Of a stretch of DNA of 64,000 nucleotides, positions 1-9,904 are shown in pieces. Position numbers and translations under genes: made by a program. A model generated the notes under the pieces. That model was not told where the DNA came from and searched no databases. It saw nothing but the letters and a program-made list of their open reading frames with translations. Each line of letters starts with the position of its first letter. The first letter of the stretch is position 1. The DNA lies in the NCBI GenBank assembly GCA_950097145.1, contig CATNCF010000010.1:536-64535 (forward strand), given 5' to 3'. The DNA is from an uncultured Lachnospiraceae bacterium (GTDB taxonomy: Bacteria > Bacillota > Clostridia > Lachnospirales > Lachnospiraceae).

Positions 1-273
1 TTCCACTTCCACCGTATATTCTGCATAAGGCTGTGTCAATTGCTCTGGTTCCATACTGTATTCCAGAGGAGGAGCAGCCAATGTCAGAATTTCTGACTGG
101 CCTTCCGCATCGGTAGATATCTGCTCCAATGTACTTTCTGGATCTCCTGTATAAGAAATTCTTACTTTCGCATCCTCCACTGGAATTAATCCAACGGCAG
201 AAGTCACCTGAATTTTCATGGTCCCATTATCTACATGGTTTATTTGTGCCGCCCGTAAATTCTGTTTTTGCAT
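1..273 (-). CDS. sleC: Spore cortex-lytic enzyme SleC-like protein, N-terminal part (runs off the left window edge)
   Basis: Not in ORF track. Manual translation from ATG at 273 (RBS GAGGTG) is open to base 1: MQKQNLRAAQ...IQVTSAVGLIPVEDAKVRISYTG...TDAEGQSEILTLAAPPLEYSMEPEQLTQPYAEYTVEVE. This resembles the clostridial SleC pre/pro region (L-APx-YS--P---PY--Y-VE). Confidence 0.7.
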   Translation of the reverse strand, partial: MQKQNLRAAQINHVDNGTMKIQVTSAVGLIPVEDAKVRISYTGDPESTLEQISTDAEGQSEILTLAAPPLEYSMEPEQLTQPYAEYTVEVE

Positions 274-303
274 AAGCACCTCTTAATTTCTACACTTATT
301 AAT

Positions 304-329
304 AGTTTATGCCAGAATTATAGAAATGT
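304..329 (-). promoter_or_regulatory. Putative sigmaK-type (mother cell) promoter for sleC
   Basis: Minus strand AC-N16-CATAAACT matches the AC-N16/17-CATAnnnT consensus. Confidence 0.4.
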
Positions 330-332
330 ACT

Positions 333-360
333 AAAAAAGAATCTCGCTTTGCGAGATTCT
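333..360 (-). terminator. Intrinsic terminator after the 61-aa ORF
   Basis: AGAATCTCGC-ttt-GCGAGATTCT perfect stem, with a T-run on the minus strand. Confidence 0.7.
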
Positions 361-545
361 CAGAAAAGTACAGACTCTAAAACAGCATTGTCATTCCGGC
401 TTACATACCTCTGTTCCATGATTAATTTTCTGGCACACAACGTACCGCTGATACAGACTGCCAGCACGGCAATGAAAAATATTATCATGCCGCCCCGCTT
501 CTTAGTTCCATTAATATCTGCAAATTCGTCTCTCTTTTTCATCAT
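360..545 (-). CDS. Small single-pass membrane protein, hypothetical
   Basis: 61 aa, basic N-terminus then one hydrophobic helix; GAGTGA RBS-like sequence; terminator immediately after the stop. Confidence 0.55.
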   Translation of the reverse strand: MMKKRDEFADINGTKKRGGMIIFFIAVLAVCISGTLCARKLIMEQRYVSRNDNAVLESVLF

Positions 546-655
546 CTATCACTCTTTTCTGTATTGATAACTGCATTTTATCATTAGTTTATTGTAAAAT
601 CTTTAATTTCATTCTATTAATTTCTTAAAAAAACTATAAAAAACAATAAACACGA

Positions 656-713
656 AAACATCATGCCCAGTGCAATTTTTAATAAAATCGTTTTTATTCT
701 GAGCATGATGTTT
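656..713 (-). terminator. Probable terminator hairpin after the beta-helix gene
   Basis: AAACATCATGCCCAG ... CTGAGCATGATGTTT inverted repeat. Confidence 0.5.
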
Positions 714-789
714 CTTATCTGTATTTTATTATATTACTCCAGCCGTGAAATAGCAACATACTCTCTTATTCTCACTGTAGTACTATACA

Positions 790-2853
790 CTATTTTTGGA
801 TTTTTTTCTTACCGGCAAATATTTTATTTGATGCAATCTTATTAATCTTGCCATTGTTATATACCCACACGCCATACCCGGCCTGCTTATTCTTTGCATT
901 AATCGTGTTATAACTCAGTATTTTTATTTTGCTTCCGGGAGCATTTACATTAACACCCGCTTTTTTCTTGGAAGTAAAGGTGTTTTTATTAGACGGGGTG
1001 CCGCCTACCGTACCGGCATAACCTTTAGAACTTACAATTAATGCATATTCTTTCGCTGCTACAACTGTGTTTTTGTGGACAGCGTCTACTTTTCCTTTAT
1101 TTGTGATAATAATTCCTCTTAATCCGGCTGTGATTTTATTCCCTGCGATTTTCTTTACGCTTCCTCCAAATATATTAATTCCGGTACCTCCTGCCGCGCC
1201 GGAAGTGTCAATGGTATTGCTTAAAATTGACGTAACTTTTGCGTTCGGTGCAATTTTCAGGGAAGAGCACTTTGAAATAGCCGGGGAACTAATCTTATTG
1301 TAAGACAACTCTTTCACTGCCGTTTTTTTGCCAGAAATAATAATTGTTTCTTTCTTGCCGGACTTAAAGGTATTCCCGCCTTTTTTGCCGCCCACAGTTG
1401 TAACCGTTCCGCCTGTCGCTACGTATAATGCGCTGTCATTCTTAGCGGTTACTTTATTGGAACGCAAATTTGGCGCCTTGCCGGAAACCGTTATGGTAAT
1501 GCCACGGTAATCGGATTTAATATCATTCCCTGTCAGATTTTTCAAAACACTTTTTTGCGCAAGAGCCACTCCGTCCCTCTTCGATGTTATCTTATTATTC
1601 AAAACATCCGTGACAGAAGATTTCTCCAGGATAAAAATGCCGCGTCCATTTGCTTTTATGGTATTATTACTTATAACTGCATTAGAAACAGGCTCATCTT
1701 TCTTTACTTTGTTTTTCTTATAACTGCTGCTGGCAATCATAATGCCGTCTTCTCTGGCTTTTGATATTGTGTTGTCTGCAACAGTAACCCCTTTTCCACC
1801 ATAAACCCGGATAGGAGTCGCATAATTACCGTTAATGGTGTTATTCGTTATTTTACAATTGTCAAAGGCGAATGTTCTGATCGCACATCCGGCAACTGTA
1901 GAATTAGAATACAGAAACTTATTATTTGAAATCTCTACATTTTTGGTGTGTGTTCCAGCAATAGAATGATGATCTCCCACACCGCAGGGATAATCCTTAA
2001 ATGTACAGCCAGTAACTATAACATTTTCACAAACAGTATTATCTCCGTCAAAGGCTGCCGCCCAGTCTTCACCCTTTCCTGAAATATCAATTTCCAAAGC
2101 CTCTTTGGAAATATATTTATCATATTCATCCTTGGTTTCCTGGAACAGGTATCCGTCAAATGTACAATTTGAAACTGTAATATCCTTGCACCCGTTAAAT
2201 TCCAGGAGATGATTTGTGCCGTTATGCAGGAATGTAACATCTGCAACCCTTATCCCACGGGCATGTCCAAACGTTATCAGATTCGCCCCAGTCTTTGTAT
2301 TTTTATTCCCGTCAATGGTTCCGTTTTTTAATGTAATATCATGAGACAAATCATATCCGCCTTTTACATTAGATACACCATTGCCATTTTTACGGTTGCC
2401 ATTTTTATCACAGTTTGCAAAAATATTGGTTCCGGTGGTTTTACCAATCATATTTTTTGTAGCCTGCAGGGTATTGCCGCCTAAGTCAATCTCTGTCATA
2501 GAACGAATGTTCAGCGTACCAAAAGGACTGTCAGAAGACGAGTATCCAACTGGGAACACACAAGATTTTGCCCCCTTGTCAGAAACCAATTCTATATGCA
2601 GAGTATACTTTTCATTGGAATCTGCCGCTTCCAGTGCATTACGAATTTTGGTATAATTGGCATAGTCAGAATTCTTAGCTGTAGATAAGGAAACTCTAAT
2701 ATACACATCTGTATCTGTTGTCCTATTCTTATCAACCGCATAAAAATCTGTATCTTCCTGAACCGCAGCATCTGCTTCAGCGGCATTCGAAAACCAAAAC
2801 AGACCTATTACAAGAAAAAATGCCAGAACCTTAACCGAAAAAAATTGTTTCAT
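790..2853 (-). CDS. Secreted right-handed parallel beta-helix protein (pectin-lyase-like fold)
   Basis: Start moved to MKQFFS (RBS GGAGGT); signal peptide ending AEA/ADA; many I-x-x-N-x-I/F repeats; Lys-rich C-terminal half. Confidence 0.75.
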   Translation of the reverse strand: MKQFFSVKVLAFFLVIGLFWFSNAAEADAAVQEDTDFYAVDKNRTTDTDVYIRVSLSTAKNSDYANYTKIRNALEAADSNEKYTLHIELVSDKGAKSCVFPVGYSSSDSPFGTLNIRSMTEIDLGGNTLQATKNMIGKTTGTNIFANCDKNGNRKNGNGVSNVKGGYDLSHDITLKNGTIDGNKNTKTGANLITFGHARGIRVADVTFLHNGTNHLLEFNGCKDITVSNCTFDGYLFQETKDEYDKYISKEALEIDISGKGEDWAAAFDGDNTVCENVIVTGCTFKDYPCGVGDHHSIAGTHTKNVEISNNKFLYSNSTVAGCAIRTFAFDNCKITNNTINGNYATPIRVYGGKGVTVADNTISKAREDGIMIASSSYKKNKVKKDEPVSNAVISNNTIKANGRGIFILEKSSVTDVLNNKITSKRDGVALAQKSVLKNLTGNDIKSDYRGITITVSGKAPNLRSNKVTAKNDSALYVATGGTVTTVGGKKGGNTFKSGKKETIIISGKKTAVKELSYNKISSPAISKCSSLKIAPNAKVTSILSNTIDTSGAAGGTGINIFGGSVKKIAGNKITAGLRGIIITNKGKVDAVHKNTVVAAKEYALIVSSKGYAGTVGGTPSNKNTFTSKKKAGVNVNAPGSKIKILSYNTINAKNKQAGYGVWVYNNGKINKIASNKIFAGKKKIQK

Positions 2854-2927
2854 ACTTTTACCTCCCTTTCCCTTCGCTGATGCACAGACATCCATCAGCG
2901 CTCCCTTGATATTCGAAGAACTGGTTT

Positions 2928-3992
2928 TTATTTTACCTCTCTGGTCCAGCCATATTTGTCTTCTACGTTTCCCCACTGGATTCCTGTCAGATAATCGTAC
3001 AATTTCTGAGTCAGTTCTCCAATTTTAAAATCATTTACAGTAACTATATCATCCTTATACATAAACTCTCCTACCGGTGAAATCACTGCTGCTGTTCCTG
3101 TTCCGAAGGCTTCCTCCAGACTTCCGTCATGCCCTGCTTTCATCAGATCATCTACTGATAAATGCGTTTCATTTACTTTATAGCCCCAGTCTTTCAAAAT
3201 ATGGATAATCGAATCTCTGGTAACCCCTGGCAGGACGGTTCCTTCTATAGGAGCTGTATAAATTTCACCATTGATTTTAAACATGATGTTCATAGTGCCA
3301 ACTTCTTCCACGTACTTTCTGTTTACGCCGTCCAGCCAGAGCACCTGCGTACAGCCCTTCTCTTCAGCCCTCACCTGGCCTAAAATAGAAGCCGCGTAAT
3401 TGCCTCCGCATTTGGTATCTCCGGTTCCTCCTTTCACTGCACGAACCAATTCGTCTTCTACCAGAATTTTTACCGGATTAATGCCCTCAGGATAATATGC
3501 CCCCACTGGGCAGCAGATTACCATAAATTTATAAGAAACTGCCATATGAACGCCCAGGGCTGATTCCGTTGCAAACACAAAAGGACGGATATAAAGGGAA
3601 GTTCCAGGCTCAGAAGGAATCCAATCTTTCTCTATCTTAACCAGTTCCTCCACAGCTTCCACAAACAGTTCCTCTGGCACTCCCGGCATACACAGTCTTG
3701 TATTCGAGTTAATCATTCTCCTTGCATTCATTTCCGGACGGAACAATAATATCTTGTCTTCCTTGGTACGATATGCTTTCAGTCCTTCAAAAGTCTCCTG
3801 GGCATAGTGCAGGGTCACACAGGAGGGACTGATTTCCACCGGCCCATAAGGTTCAATCCTGGCGTCATGCCAGCCTGTGCCTTTATCCCAGTCCATTACA
3901 AACATATAATCCGTCATATACTTGCCAAATCCCAGATTACTCTGGTCTGGTTTCTCTTTTAATACATCTCTTTTTACAAACTTGATATCCAT
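2928..3992 (-). CDS. ilvE: Branched-chain amino acid aminotransferase
   Basis: LHYAQETFEGLKAY, LFRP, YIRP, KCGGNY (PLP Lys), LPGVTR, GTGTAA motifs; start at MDIKF with GGAGG RBS. Confidence 0.95.
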   Translation of the reverse strand: MDIKFVKRDVLKEKPDQSNLGFGKYMTDYMFVMDWDKGTGWHDARIEPYGPVEISPSCVTLHYAQETFEGLKAYRTKEDKILLFRPEMNARRMINSNTRLCMPGVPEELFVEAVEELVKIEKDWIPSEPGTSLYIRPFVFATESALGVHMAVSYKFMVICCPVGAYYPEGINPVKILVEDELVRAVKGGTGDTKCGGNYAASILGQVRAEEKGCTQVLWLDGVNRKYVEEVGTMNIMFKINGEIYTAPIEGTVLPGVTRDSIIHILKDWGYKVNETHLSVDDLMKAGHDGSLEEAFGTGTAAVISPVGEFMYKDDIVTVNDFKIGELTQKLYDYLTGIQWGNVEDKYGWTREVK

Positions 3993-4170
3993 AATCGCTC
4001 CTCCATCCTGTTCTTTCTCTATTGTTTCTATCAATTATTATACTTTTTGAGAACGCTGTCAAGATTATTCTTAAGGCTTATACTCTTTATAACTTTTTTT
4101 CATAATCCAGTAGGCAAATTCCATAAAATGTTGTATACTTTATCTAAAGATTCAGTAAAGGAGAATAATT

Positions 4171-4686
4171 ATGCATCAATTTCAACCATACCCTACCGAT
4201 TTGTTAGAACTCAATCCATTTACCAAAATATCGGAAGAATGGATGCTGATTGCTGCCGGCAATCAGGAAAAAACCAACGCCATGACTGCAAGCTGGGGCG
4301 GAATGGGCGTCCTCTGGGGCAAAAATGTGGCTTTTATCTTTGTCCGGGAACATCGATATACCAAAGAATTTATAGACAACGAAGCATATTTTTCCTGCAC
4401 TTTTTTTGACAAAAAGTATAAAAATGACCTGAAATATTTTGGCGTAGTCTCTGGCAGGCAGGAAGATAAATTCAAAGTCTCCGGCCTCAATGTCAACTTC
4501 AAAGACAACATTCCCTTTGTTGATGAGGGAAATTTTATCTGCCTCTGCCGGAAAATGGCTGCCGTCCCCATAAACGAAGGGCATTTTCTGGATCCGGAAA
4601 TCAAAGAAAAATGGTATTCTGGCAAAGAAGAAGGAAATCTTCATACATTATATATAGGAGAAATTATAGAATTCCTGGCAAGATAG
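4171..4686 (+). CDS. Flavin reductase-like family protein
   Basis: NAMTASWGG, SGR--DKF and C-terminal H-LYIGEI motifs; AAGGAG RBS. Confidence 0.85.
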   Translation: MHQFQPYPTDLLELNPFTKISEEWMLIAAGNQEKTNAMTASWGGMGVLWGKNVAFIFVREHRYTKEFIDNEAYFSCTFFDKKYKNDLKYFGVVSGRQEDKFKVSGLNVNFKDNIPFVDEGNFICLCRKMAAVPINEGHFLDPEIKEKWYSGKEEGNLHTLYIGEIIEFLAR

Positions 4687-4744
4687 CCGCCATTTTTTTA
4701 CATTCCAGGAGGCAGGCGCTGCCTGCCCCTGTATCCATCTTTTG

Positions 4745-5749
4745 CTAAATCTTTCTGACAGATCCCCGTTCTTTTAATTCTACCCCAAGCACCACATTCT
4801 CTGCTGGAACATCTTGATTTTTGATATGTTTCATCAATAACTGACAGACAACATCCGCCTTTTTTTTGATATCCTGCCGTATGGTGGTTAAAGGCGGAGT
4901 CAGATACCTGCTCATTCTGATATCATCAAACCCAATCACTGAAAGATCATCCGGTATGCCCAATCCGGCCTGGTATGCAGCAGCATAAATACGGCTGGCA
5001 CAAAAGTCCGAGGTGGTAAAAATTCCTGTCACCGGATCAGAGCCCCGGCAGAGTTCTTCCAGCATTTGTTCCAAATGTTCCGTCCCAGAATCAATAATAT
5101 GTTCCGGCGGCATAGAAATACCGTTATCACGCAGGCAGGTACAAAACCCTTGCAGCCGGTGCATAATAACGCCATTGCCCACCGCTGCCGGACCGATAAA
5201 CGCAAGGTTTCTGTGGCCGTTTTTCAAGAGGTATTCCGCTGCTGTCTCACCTCCCTGATAATCATCAATGCCTACGTTGGTAATACTGCGGATCGAACTG
5301 TAACTGTCTGTAAAAATCAGGGGAATGGTATTGTCTTTCTGTATCTTTTTAATATTTTCATCAAACATGCCAAGAAACACTGCCCCGGCAACATTCCAGG
5401 ATTTCAGACTATAATTGATATCCGTGTAATCTTTTACATAATGTATCATCAAATCATAGCCTTCTTTTTGAATCTGCCGGGCAAGCTCCCCAAAAAAACT
5501 GCTGTTATAACTGTCCTCTAAGGGTGCGCTCTCCTCGTCGTAATCTGACAACAGCGCCGCAATCAGCCGGGAAGCTCTGGACGCAAGGGCACGGGCAGAG
5601 GAATTCGGCACATATCCCATTTCTTCTGCAATCTTTTTAATCCTCTGGGCCGTCTTTTGTGAGACGTCTTTTGTTTTGCCATTCATCACACGGGATACTG
5701 TCATACTGCTTACTCCCGCCTGTTCTGCAATATCTTTTAATGTGACCAT
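4745..5749 (-). CDS. LacI family transcriptional regulator
   Basis: N-terminal HTH TLKDIAEQAGVSSMTVSRVMN, YVPNSSARAL hinge, IPDDLSVIGFDD, PPLTTIRQ. Confidence 0.95.
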   Translation of the reverse strand: MVTLKDIAEQAGVSSMTVSRVMNGKTKDVSQKTAQRIKKIAEEMGYVPNSSARALASRASRLIAALLSDYDEESAPLEDSYNSSFFGELARQIQKEGYDLMIHYVKDYTDINYSLKSWNVAGAVFLGMFDENIKKIQKDNTIPLIFTDSYSSIRSITNVGIDDYQGGETAAEYLLKNGHRNLAFIGPAAVGNGVIMHRLQGFCTCLRDNGISMPPEHIIDSGTEHLEQMLEELCRGSDPVTGIFTTSDFCASRIYAAAYQAGLGIPDDLSVIGFDDIRMSRYLTPPLTTIRQDIKKKADVVCQLLMKHIKNQDVPAENVVLGVELKERGSVRKI

Positions 5750-5768
5750 TCCTGTTCTCCCTGCTTTT

Positions 5769-5782
5769 TGTTATCGCTAACA
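5769..5782. promoter_or_regulatory. LacI-type operator 1 (autoregulation of the repressor gene)
   Basis: TGTTATCGCTAACA, a near-palindrome with central CG, just downstream of a minus-strand TG-n-TATAAT (5785-5793). Confidence 0.75.
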
Positions 5783-5843
5783 TTATTATAACAGAACATC
5801 AAAAATTTTCAACAAAATATATCTTGATTTTTCCGAAAAAATA

Positions 5844-5872
5844 TTGACAATTCCACATATACTTCTTATAAT
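5844..5872 (+). promoter_or_regulatory. SigmaA promoter of the GH31 gene
   Basis: Perfect TTGACA-N17-TATAAT. Confidence 0.85.
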
Positions 5873-5879
5873 TATTAAA

Positions 5880-5895
5880 ACGTTACCGCTAACGT
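5880..5895. promoter_or_regulatory. LacI-type operator 2 at the GH31 transcription start
   Basis: ACGTTACCGCTAACGT, same GTTAnCGCTAAC core as operator 1, 7 bp after the -10 box. Confidence 0.8.
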
Positions 5896-5990
5896 AAATT
5901 TCTCAACTATGATTGCAATATCTGCGATTCTGCAGAAACAATTTATCGCAAACACAGTGAACGGCTGACAAATTTTATTCGGAGGTAAAC

Positions 5991-8366
5991 ATGAAAAAAG
6001 AATTACAGGCACAAGTGCATCCATTGACAAACCCTGCAAATATTATCCAGGGAAACCATTACAGAATTTCTATCCTTACAGAATGCCTGTTCCGTCTGGA
6101 GTACCAGAAAGACGGCATATTTGAAGATCATGCCACGCAAACGGTATGGAACCGGAATTTTCCAGAAACTCCCTATAGACTGCTGGACAAACCAGACGGG
6201 CTGGAAATTATTACTGCAAAAGTACATCTAATTTATGATAAAAATGAATTTACGCCCCATGGCTTATCCATAGAGGCCGTGGGCGATTACAGCGCTTACG
6301 ACAGTATCTGGCATTATGGAGAACAATTTGAGAGCCTGGGCGGAACAGCAAGGACACTGGACATGGCAGACGGCAGCATTCCTCTGGAGCACGGCATTAT
6401 CAGCAGAAACGGTTTTTCTGTGCTTAACGACAGCAAATCCCTGATTTTGCTGGAAGACGGATGGATCAGCCCCCGCAAATGTAAATGTACTGACATTTAT
6501 TTCTGGGCATATGGACATGACTATCTGGGCGCCCTGCGGGATTTCTGCCATTTATGCGGAAAAAGCCCCATGGTGCCCAGATATGCCCTGGGAAACTGGT
6601 GGAGCCGCTATTATAAATATACACAGCAGTCTTACAAAACGCTGATGGAACGTTTTGCAAAAGAAAACATTCCTTTTTCCGTGGCAGTTCTGGACATGGA
6701 CTGGCATCTGACAGAAATTGATAAGAAATATGGCAGCGGCTGGACGGGTTATACCTGGAACCTGGAGTTGTTTCCAGAACCCCAGTCGTTCCTGGAATGG
6801 CTTCATGAACATCATATGCGGGTGACTCTGAATGTTCATCCAGCCGGAGGCATACAGGCCCATGAAGAAGTATACCCCCAAATGGCGGAAGCCATGGGCG
6901 TAGATACAGAACTGGAACAGCCTGTAATCTTTGACGCCGCAGACCCAAAATTTCTGGAAGCATGTTTCCAGCATATTTTTCATCCCATGGAAGAAGAAGG
7001 AGTGGATTTCTGGTGGCTGGACTGGCAGTCCGGGGGCTATTGCAAAACGGAAGGGCTGGACCCCTTGTGGGTAATGAACCACTATCATTATCTAGACAAT
7101 GGGAGAGATAAAAAACGGCCCATGACATTTTCCAGATATGCCGGTCCTGGAAGCCACCGCTACCCCGTTGGATTTTCCGGAGATACCATAATTACCTGGG
7201 ATTCCCTGGCTTTCCAGCCATATTTTACCGCCACCGCTTCTAATATCGGATACGGCATGTGGAGCCATGATATCGGAGGACACATGCTGGGAGTTCGGGA
7301 TGACGAGATGGCTGGAAGATGGCTGCAGCTCGGCGTATTTTCCCCGGTGATGCGGCTGCATTCCAGCAACAATGAATTTGCTGGCAAAGAACCCTGGAAC
7401 TATAAGCTGGAAGTACAAAATATGATGAAAAAGTTCCTCCGCCTGAGACATGAACTAATTCCCTATCTCTATACCATGAATCACCGGACATACGAAGAAG
7501 ATATCCCTCTGGTACTGCCAATGTACTACCATTACCCGGAATGTGAGCAGGCATATGAAGTGCCAAACCAGTACGAGTTCGGCAGCCAATTGTTAGCGGC
7601 GCCTATTACATCTCCTCATGTTTCCCGCCTCAATGTGGCAAAGGTAACTGTCTGGCTTCCAGAACATCTCTATTTTGATTTCTTTAACGGAAGAAAATAC
7701 CAGGGTAAAAGGACAGTGGCTATGTACCGGGACATAAACTCCATCCCTGTACTGGCAAAAGCCGGGGCGATTATCCCCATGACCAGTGAAATCCAGAATG
7801 CAGAAGCAAATCCCCACTCCCTCTGCATCCATGTTTTTGCGGGAGCTGACGGTACTTTCACCCTCTACGAAGACGACGGCGCTTCCACTGAATATCAAAT
7901 GGGAATATGCGCGAATACAGAGATGCATTTTTCTTGGAGAACGGATCCAAAATTTGTAATAGAAAGCGCCAAAGGCGCTCTGGAATTGATTCCTGAACAC
8001 CGCACCTATACAATTTTATTCCATGGTATCCAGCCCTGCAGCGCCAGACTCACCATAAACGGCGCACAGGCAGATGCTTGTCAAAAGTATGATGAAAAAC
8101 AGCATATTCTTTCCTGCGAAATTAAGGACGTATCCATTTCTGACAGGCTGTGTATCCATCTATCTCATGCAGTGCTTGCAGAAAATAATGTCATTGACGA
8201 TATCTATGAATTTTTGAATCGGGCTGAAATTTCCTATTCTTTAAAAGAATCCTTATATCAGCTTGTGATGAAGCAGCAAAACCCTGTAGTTTTATTGTCT
8301 GAACTCCAGTCTATGGATTTGGACAAAGATTTGCAGGGCGCGCTTGTAGAACTTATTACGGCTTAA
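5991..8366 (+). CDS. Glycoside hydrolase family 31 (cytoplasmic alpha-glucosidase-like)
   Basis: PRYALGNWWSRY, VLDMDWH, WWLDWQ (nucleophile Asp), FSGDT (acid/base Asp), SHDIGG, RLH and YEDDG motifs; GGAGG RBS. Confidence 0.92.
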   Translation: MKKELQAQVHPLTNPANIIQGNHYRISILTECLFRLEYQKDGIFEDHATQTVWNRNFPETPYRLLDKPDGLEIITAKVHLIYDKNEFTPHGLSIEAVGDYSAYDSIWHYGEQFESLGGTARTLDMADGSIPLEHGIISRNGFSVLNDSKSLILLEDGWISPRKCKCTDIYFWAYGHDYLGALRDFCHLCGKSPMVPRYALGNWWSRYYKYTQQSYKTLMERFAKENIPFSVAVLDMDWHLTEIDKKYGSGWTGYTWNLELFPEPQSFLEWLHEHHMRVTLNVHPAGGIQAHEEVYPQMAEAMGVDTELEQPVIFDAADPKFLEACFQHIFHPMEEEGVDFWWLDWQSGGYCKTEGLDPLWVMNHYHYLDNGRDKKRPMTFSRYAGPGSHRYPVGFSGDTIITWDSLAFQPYFTATASNIGYGMWSHDIGGHMLGVRDDEMAGRWLQLGVFSPVMRLHSSNNEFAGKEPWNYKLEVQNMMKKFLRLRHELIPYLYTMNHRTYEEDIPLVLPMYYHYPECEQAYEVPNQYEFGSQLLAAPITSPHVSRLNVAKVTVWLPEHLYFDFFNGRKYQGKRTVAMYRDINSIPVLAKAGAIIPMTSEIQNAEANPHSLCIHVFAGADGTFTLYEDDGASTEYQMGICANTEMHFSWRTDPKFVIESAKGALELIPEHRTYTILFHGIQPCSARLTINGAQADACQKYDEKQHILSCEIKDVSISDRLCIHLSHAVLAENNVIDDIYEFLNRAEISYSLKESLYQLVMKQQNPVVLLSELQSMDLDKDLQGALVELITA

Positions 8367-8421
8367 AGTATGATGTAGTTTCAGAGCTGGGTTTGATACC
8401 AATCAAATTGCCTGCGGGCAT

Positions 8422-8466
8422 AAATTAAGGTACTGCAATTCCTGAAGGATTACAGTACCTTAATTT
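8422..8466. terminator. Bidirectional terminator between convergent genes
   Basis: AAATTAAGGTACTG ... CAGTACCTTAATTT 14-bp stem. Confidence 0.8.
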
Positions 8467-8543
8467 TTAAATTATTTAAGCAGTTTTCTCCTGCCTTTCT
8501 TCTTCCTACTACTTTAAGTTCTTTACTGTTCTATAAAAATGAA

Positions 8544-9728
8544 TTAAATAGCGTCAACAAAGCGGGAACTTCCCTGTACATTGTACGCCCCGGCAGCCGT
8601 ATAGCCGCTGGCCGTATTTGCTTTCGTAGTGGAATAATAATCTACCAGTGATGCGTTGGTTGCAATGGAAGAACCATAGTCTTTGAAAAATTTCTGTACC
8701 TGGGACATATCTGATTTTTTAAATGTGTCCTCGTCAATGGTCATTTTTCCTTTTTCATCCACATTGATTCCAAACTGTTTAAGAGCTTCCTTATTCTGCT
8801 CTGTTTTTTCCTTGATTTTAGCCAAATTCGCCGTTACACCGGAATTTGTATTTGATTTGGCTGCATCAAACATTTTGTTGTAATTATTGACAAAACTCTT
8901 TGCTGTGGAAAAAATCTTGTCAATATCGTATTGATCTGTCTCCTTGCCATCTTTATCCTTAATCTTTTCATATAATTTGTCTGATGCAAGGGCTTCTCCG
9001 TCTGCTTTCAGGGCTGCTGCACTGGAACCTGCTGTGTTGTCTTTCTCATCACTGACTGCGCCGCTGTAGGCAACTCCCGCAAACTGAAGACGGGACATAA
9101 CGGTAGAACCATAACTCATGCTGTTCTTGGAAGAAAACAGATCCTGCACTTTCGAGAGATCAGCCTGTTTCATCTTACCCTCATTAAATTGAAGAGTTCC
9201 ATTTGAATTGATGGTTACGCCAATTTCTGAAAGCTTATCAGCATTTTCAGCCGTAGCTTTCATCATATTTGCTATATATGCAGTCTTATTTGTCATCGTG
9301 GAACGTTTTGATGCATTCACAACATCATTATACTCTGACACGAAAGACTTCAATGCAGAGGCTGTCTTACCCTGTGCACTCTGGCCATTTTCTGTGTCTT
9401 TATAGGTATTGTCGTTCTGTAACGCTGAAACAGAATTCTTAAGGCTTGAAATTCCAGATTCCAGATTGGAATTCGCCTCTTTCACTTCATCGGAAACCTT
9501 CGGATTCCTTCTCTCTTCCAGAATTTTGTCCAGGACATAACTTTTATTACCATTCGTGCCAGACGCCGAAGTACTTGAACTCTGTCCCATACCATAATAA
9601 GACTTCAAAAGTCTGCCGTAGCTGCCATTCTTAAGGCTGGCATAATCTGAGAGAAAATTCATATTTCCTGAACTGCCGCTGGATGAGAGGCCGCTAAATA
9701 ATTGAGAATAACCTTGATTCATACTCAT
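8544..9728 (-). CDS. Hypothetical protein with two tandem FliD(HAP2)-C-like repeats
   Basis: KSFVxxYN ... LxxxG(V/I)x(I/V)xxxGxxxxxE ... D(L/M)SxVQxxF occurs twice; start moved to MSMNQ (GGAGTG RBS). Confidence 0.65.
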   Translation of the reverse strand: MSMNQGYSQLFSGLSSSGSSGNMNFLSDYASLKNGSYGRLLKSYYGMGQSSSTSASGTNGNKSYVLDKILEERRNPKVSDEVKEANSNLESGISSLKNSVSALQNDNTYKDTENGQSAQGKTASALKSFVSEYNDVVNASKRSTMTNKTAYIANMMKATAENADKLSEIGVTINSNGTLQFNEGKMKQADLSKVQDLFSSKNSMSYGSTVMSRLQFAGVAYSGAVSDEKDNTAGSSAAALKADGEALASDKLYEKIKDKDGKETDQYDIDKIFSTAKSFVNNYNKMFDAAKSNTNSGVTANLAKIKEKTEQNKEALKQFGINVDEKGKMTIDEDTFKKSDMSQVQKFFKDYGSSIATNASLVDYYSTTKANTASGYTAAGAYNVQGSSRFVDAI

Positions 9729-9786
9729 TTTCATCACTCCTTTGAATAAAAACATGGACTTCCATATCCGTATACTGCTGTATTAT

Positions 9787-9814
9787 ATATCGGCGTAAAA
9801 CCTTATAATTATTA
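9787..9814 (-). promoter_or_regulatory. Sigma28 (SigD/FliA) promoter
   Basis: Minus strand TAAT-N16-GCCGATAT; the -10 box is a perfect consensus match. Confidence 0.7.
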
Positions 9815-9904
9815 TAAGTATAGCACACACATTTCAGAATCTCAAGATACATTTTAAAAGCTTTTTATCAAAAATCTCTCTTGCCGCTCAATAAAGGCAT
9901 TCCC

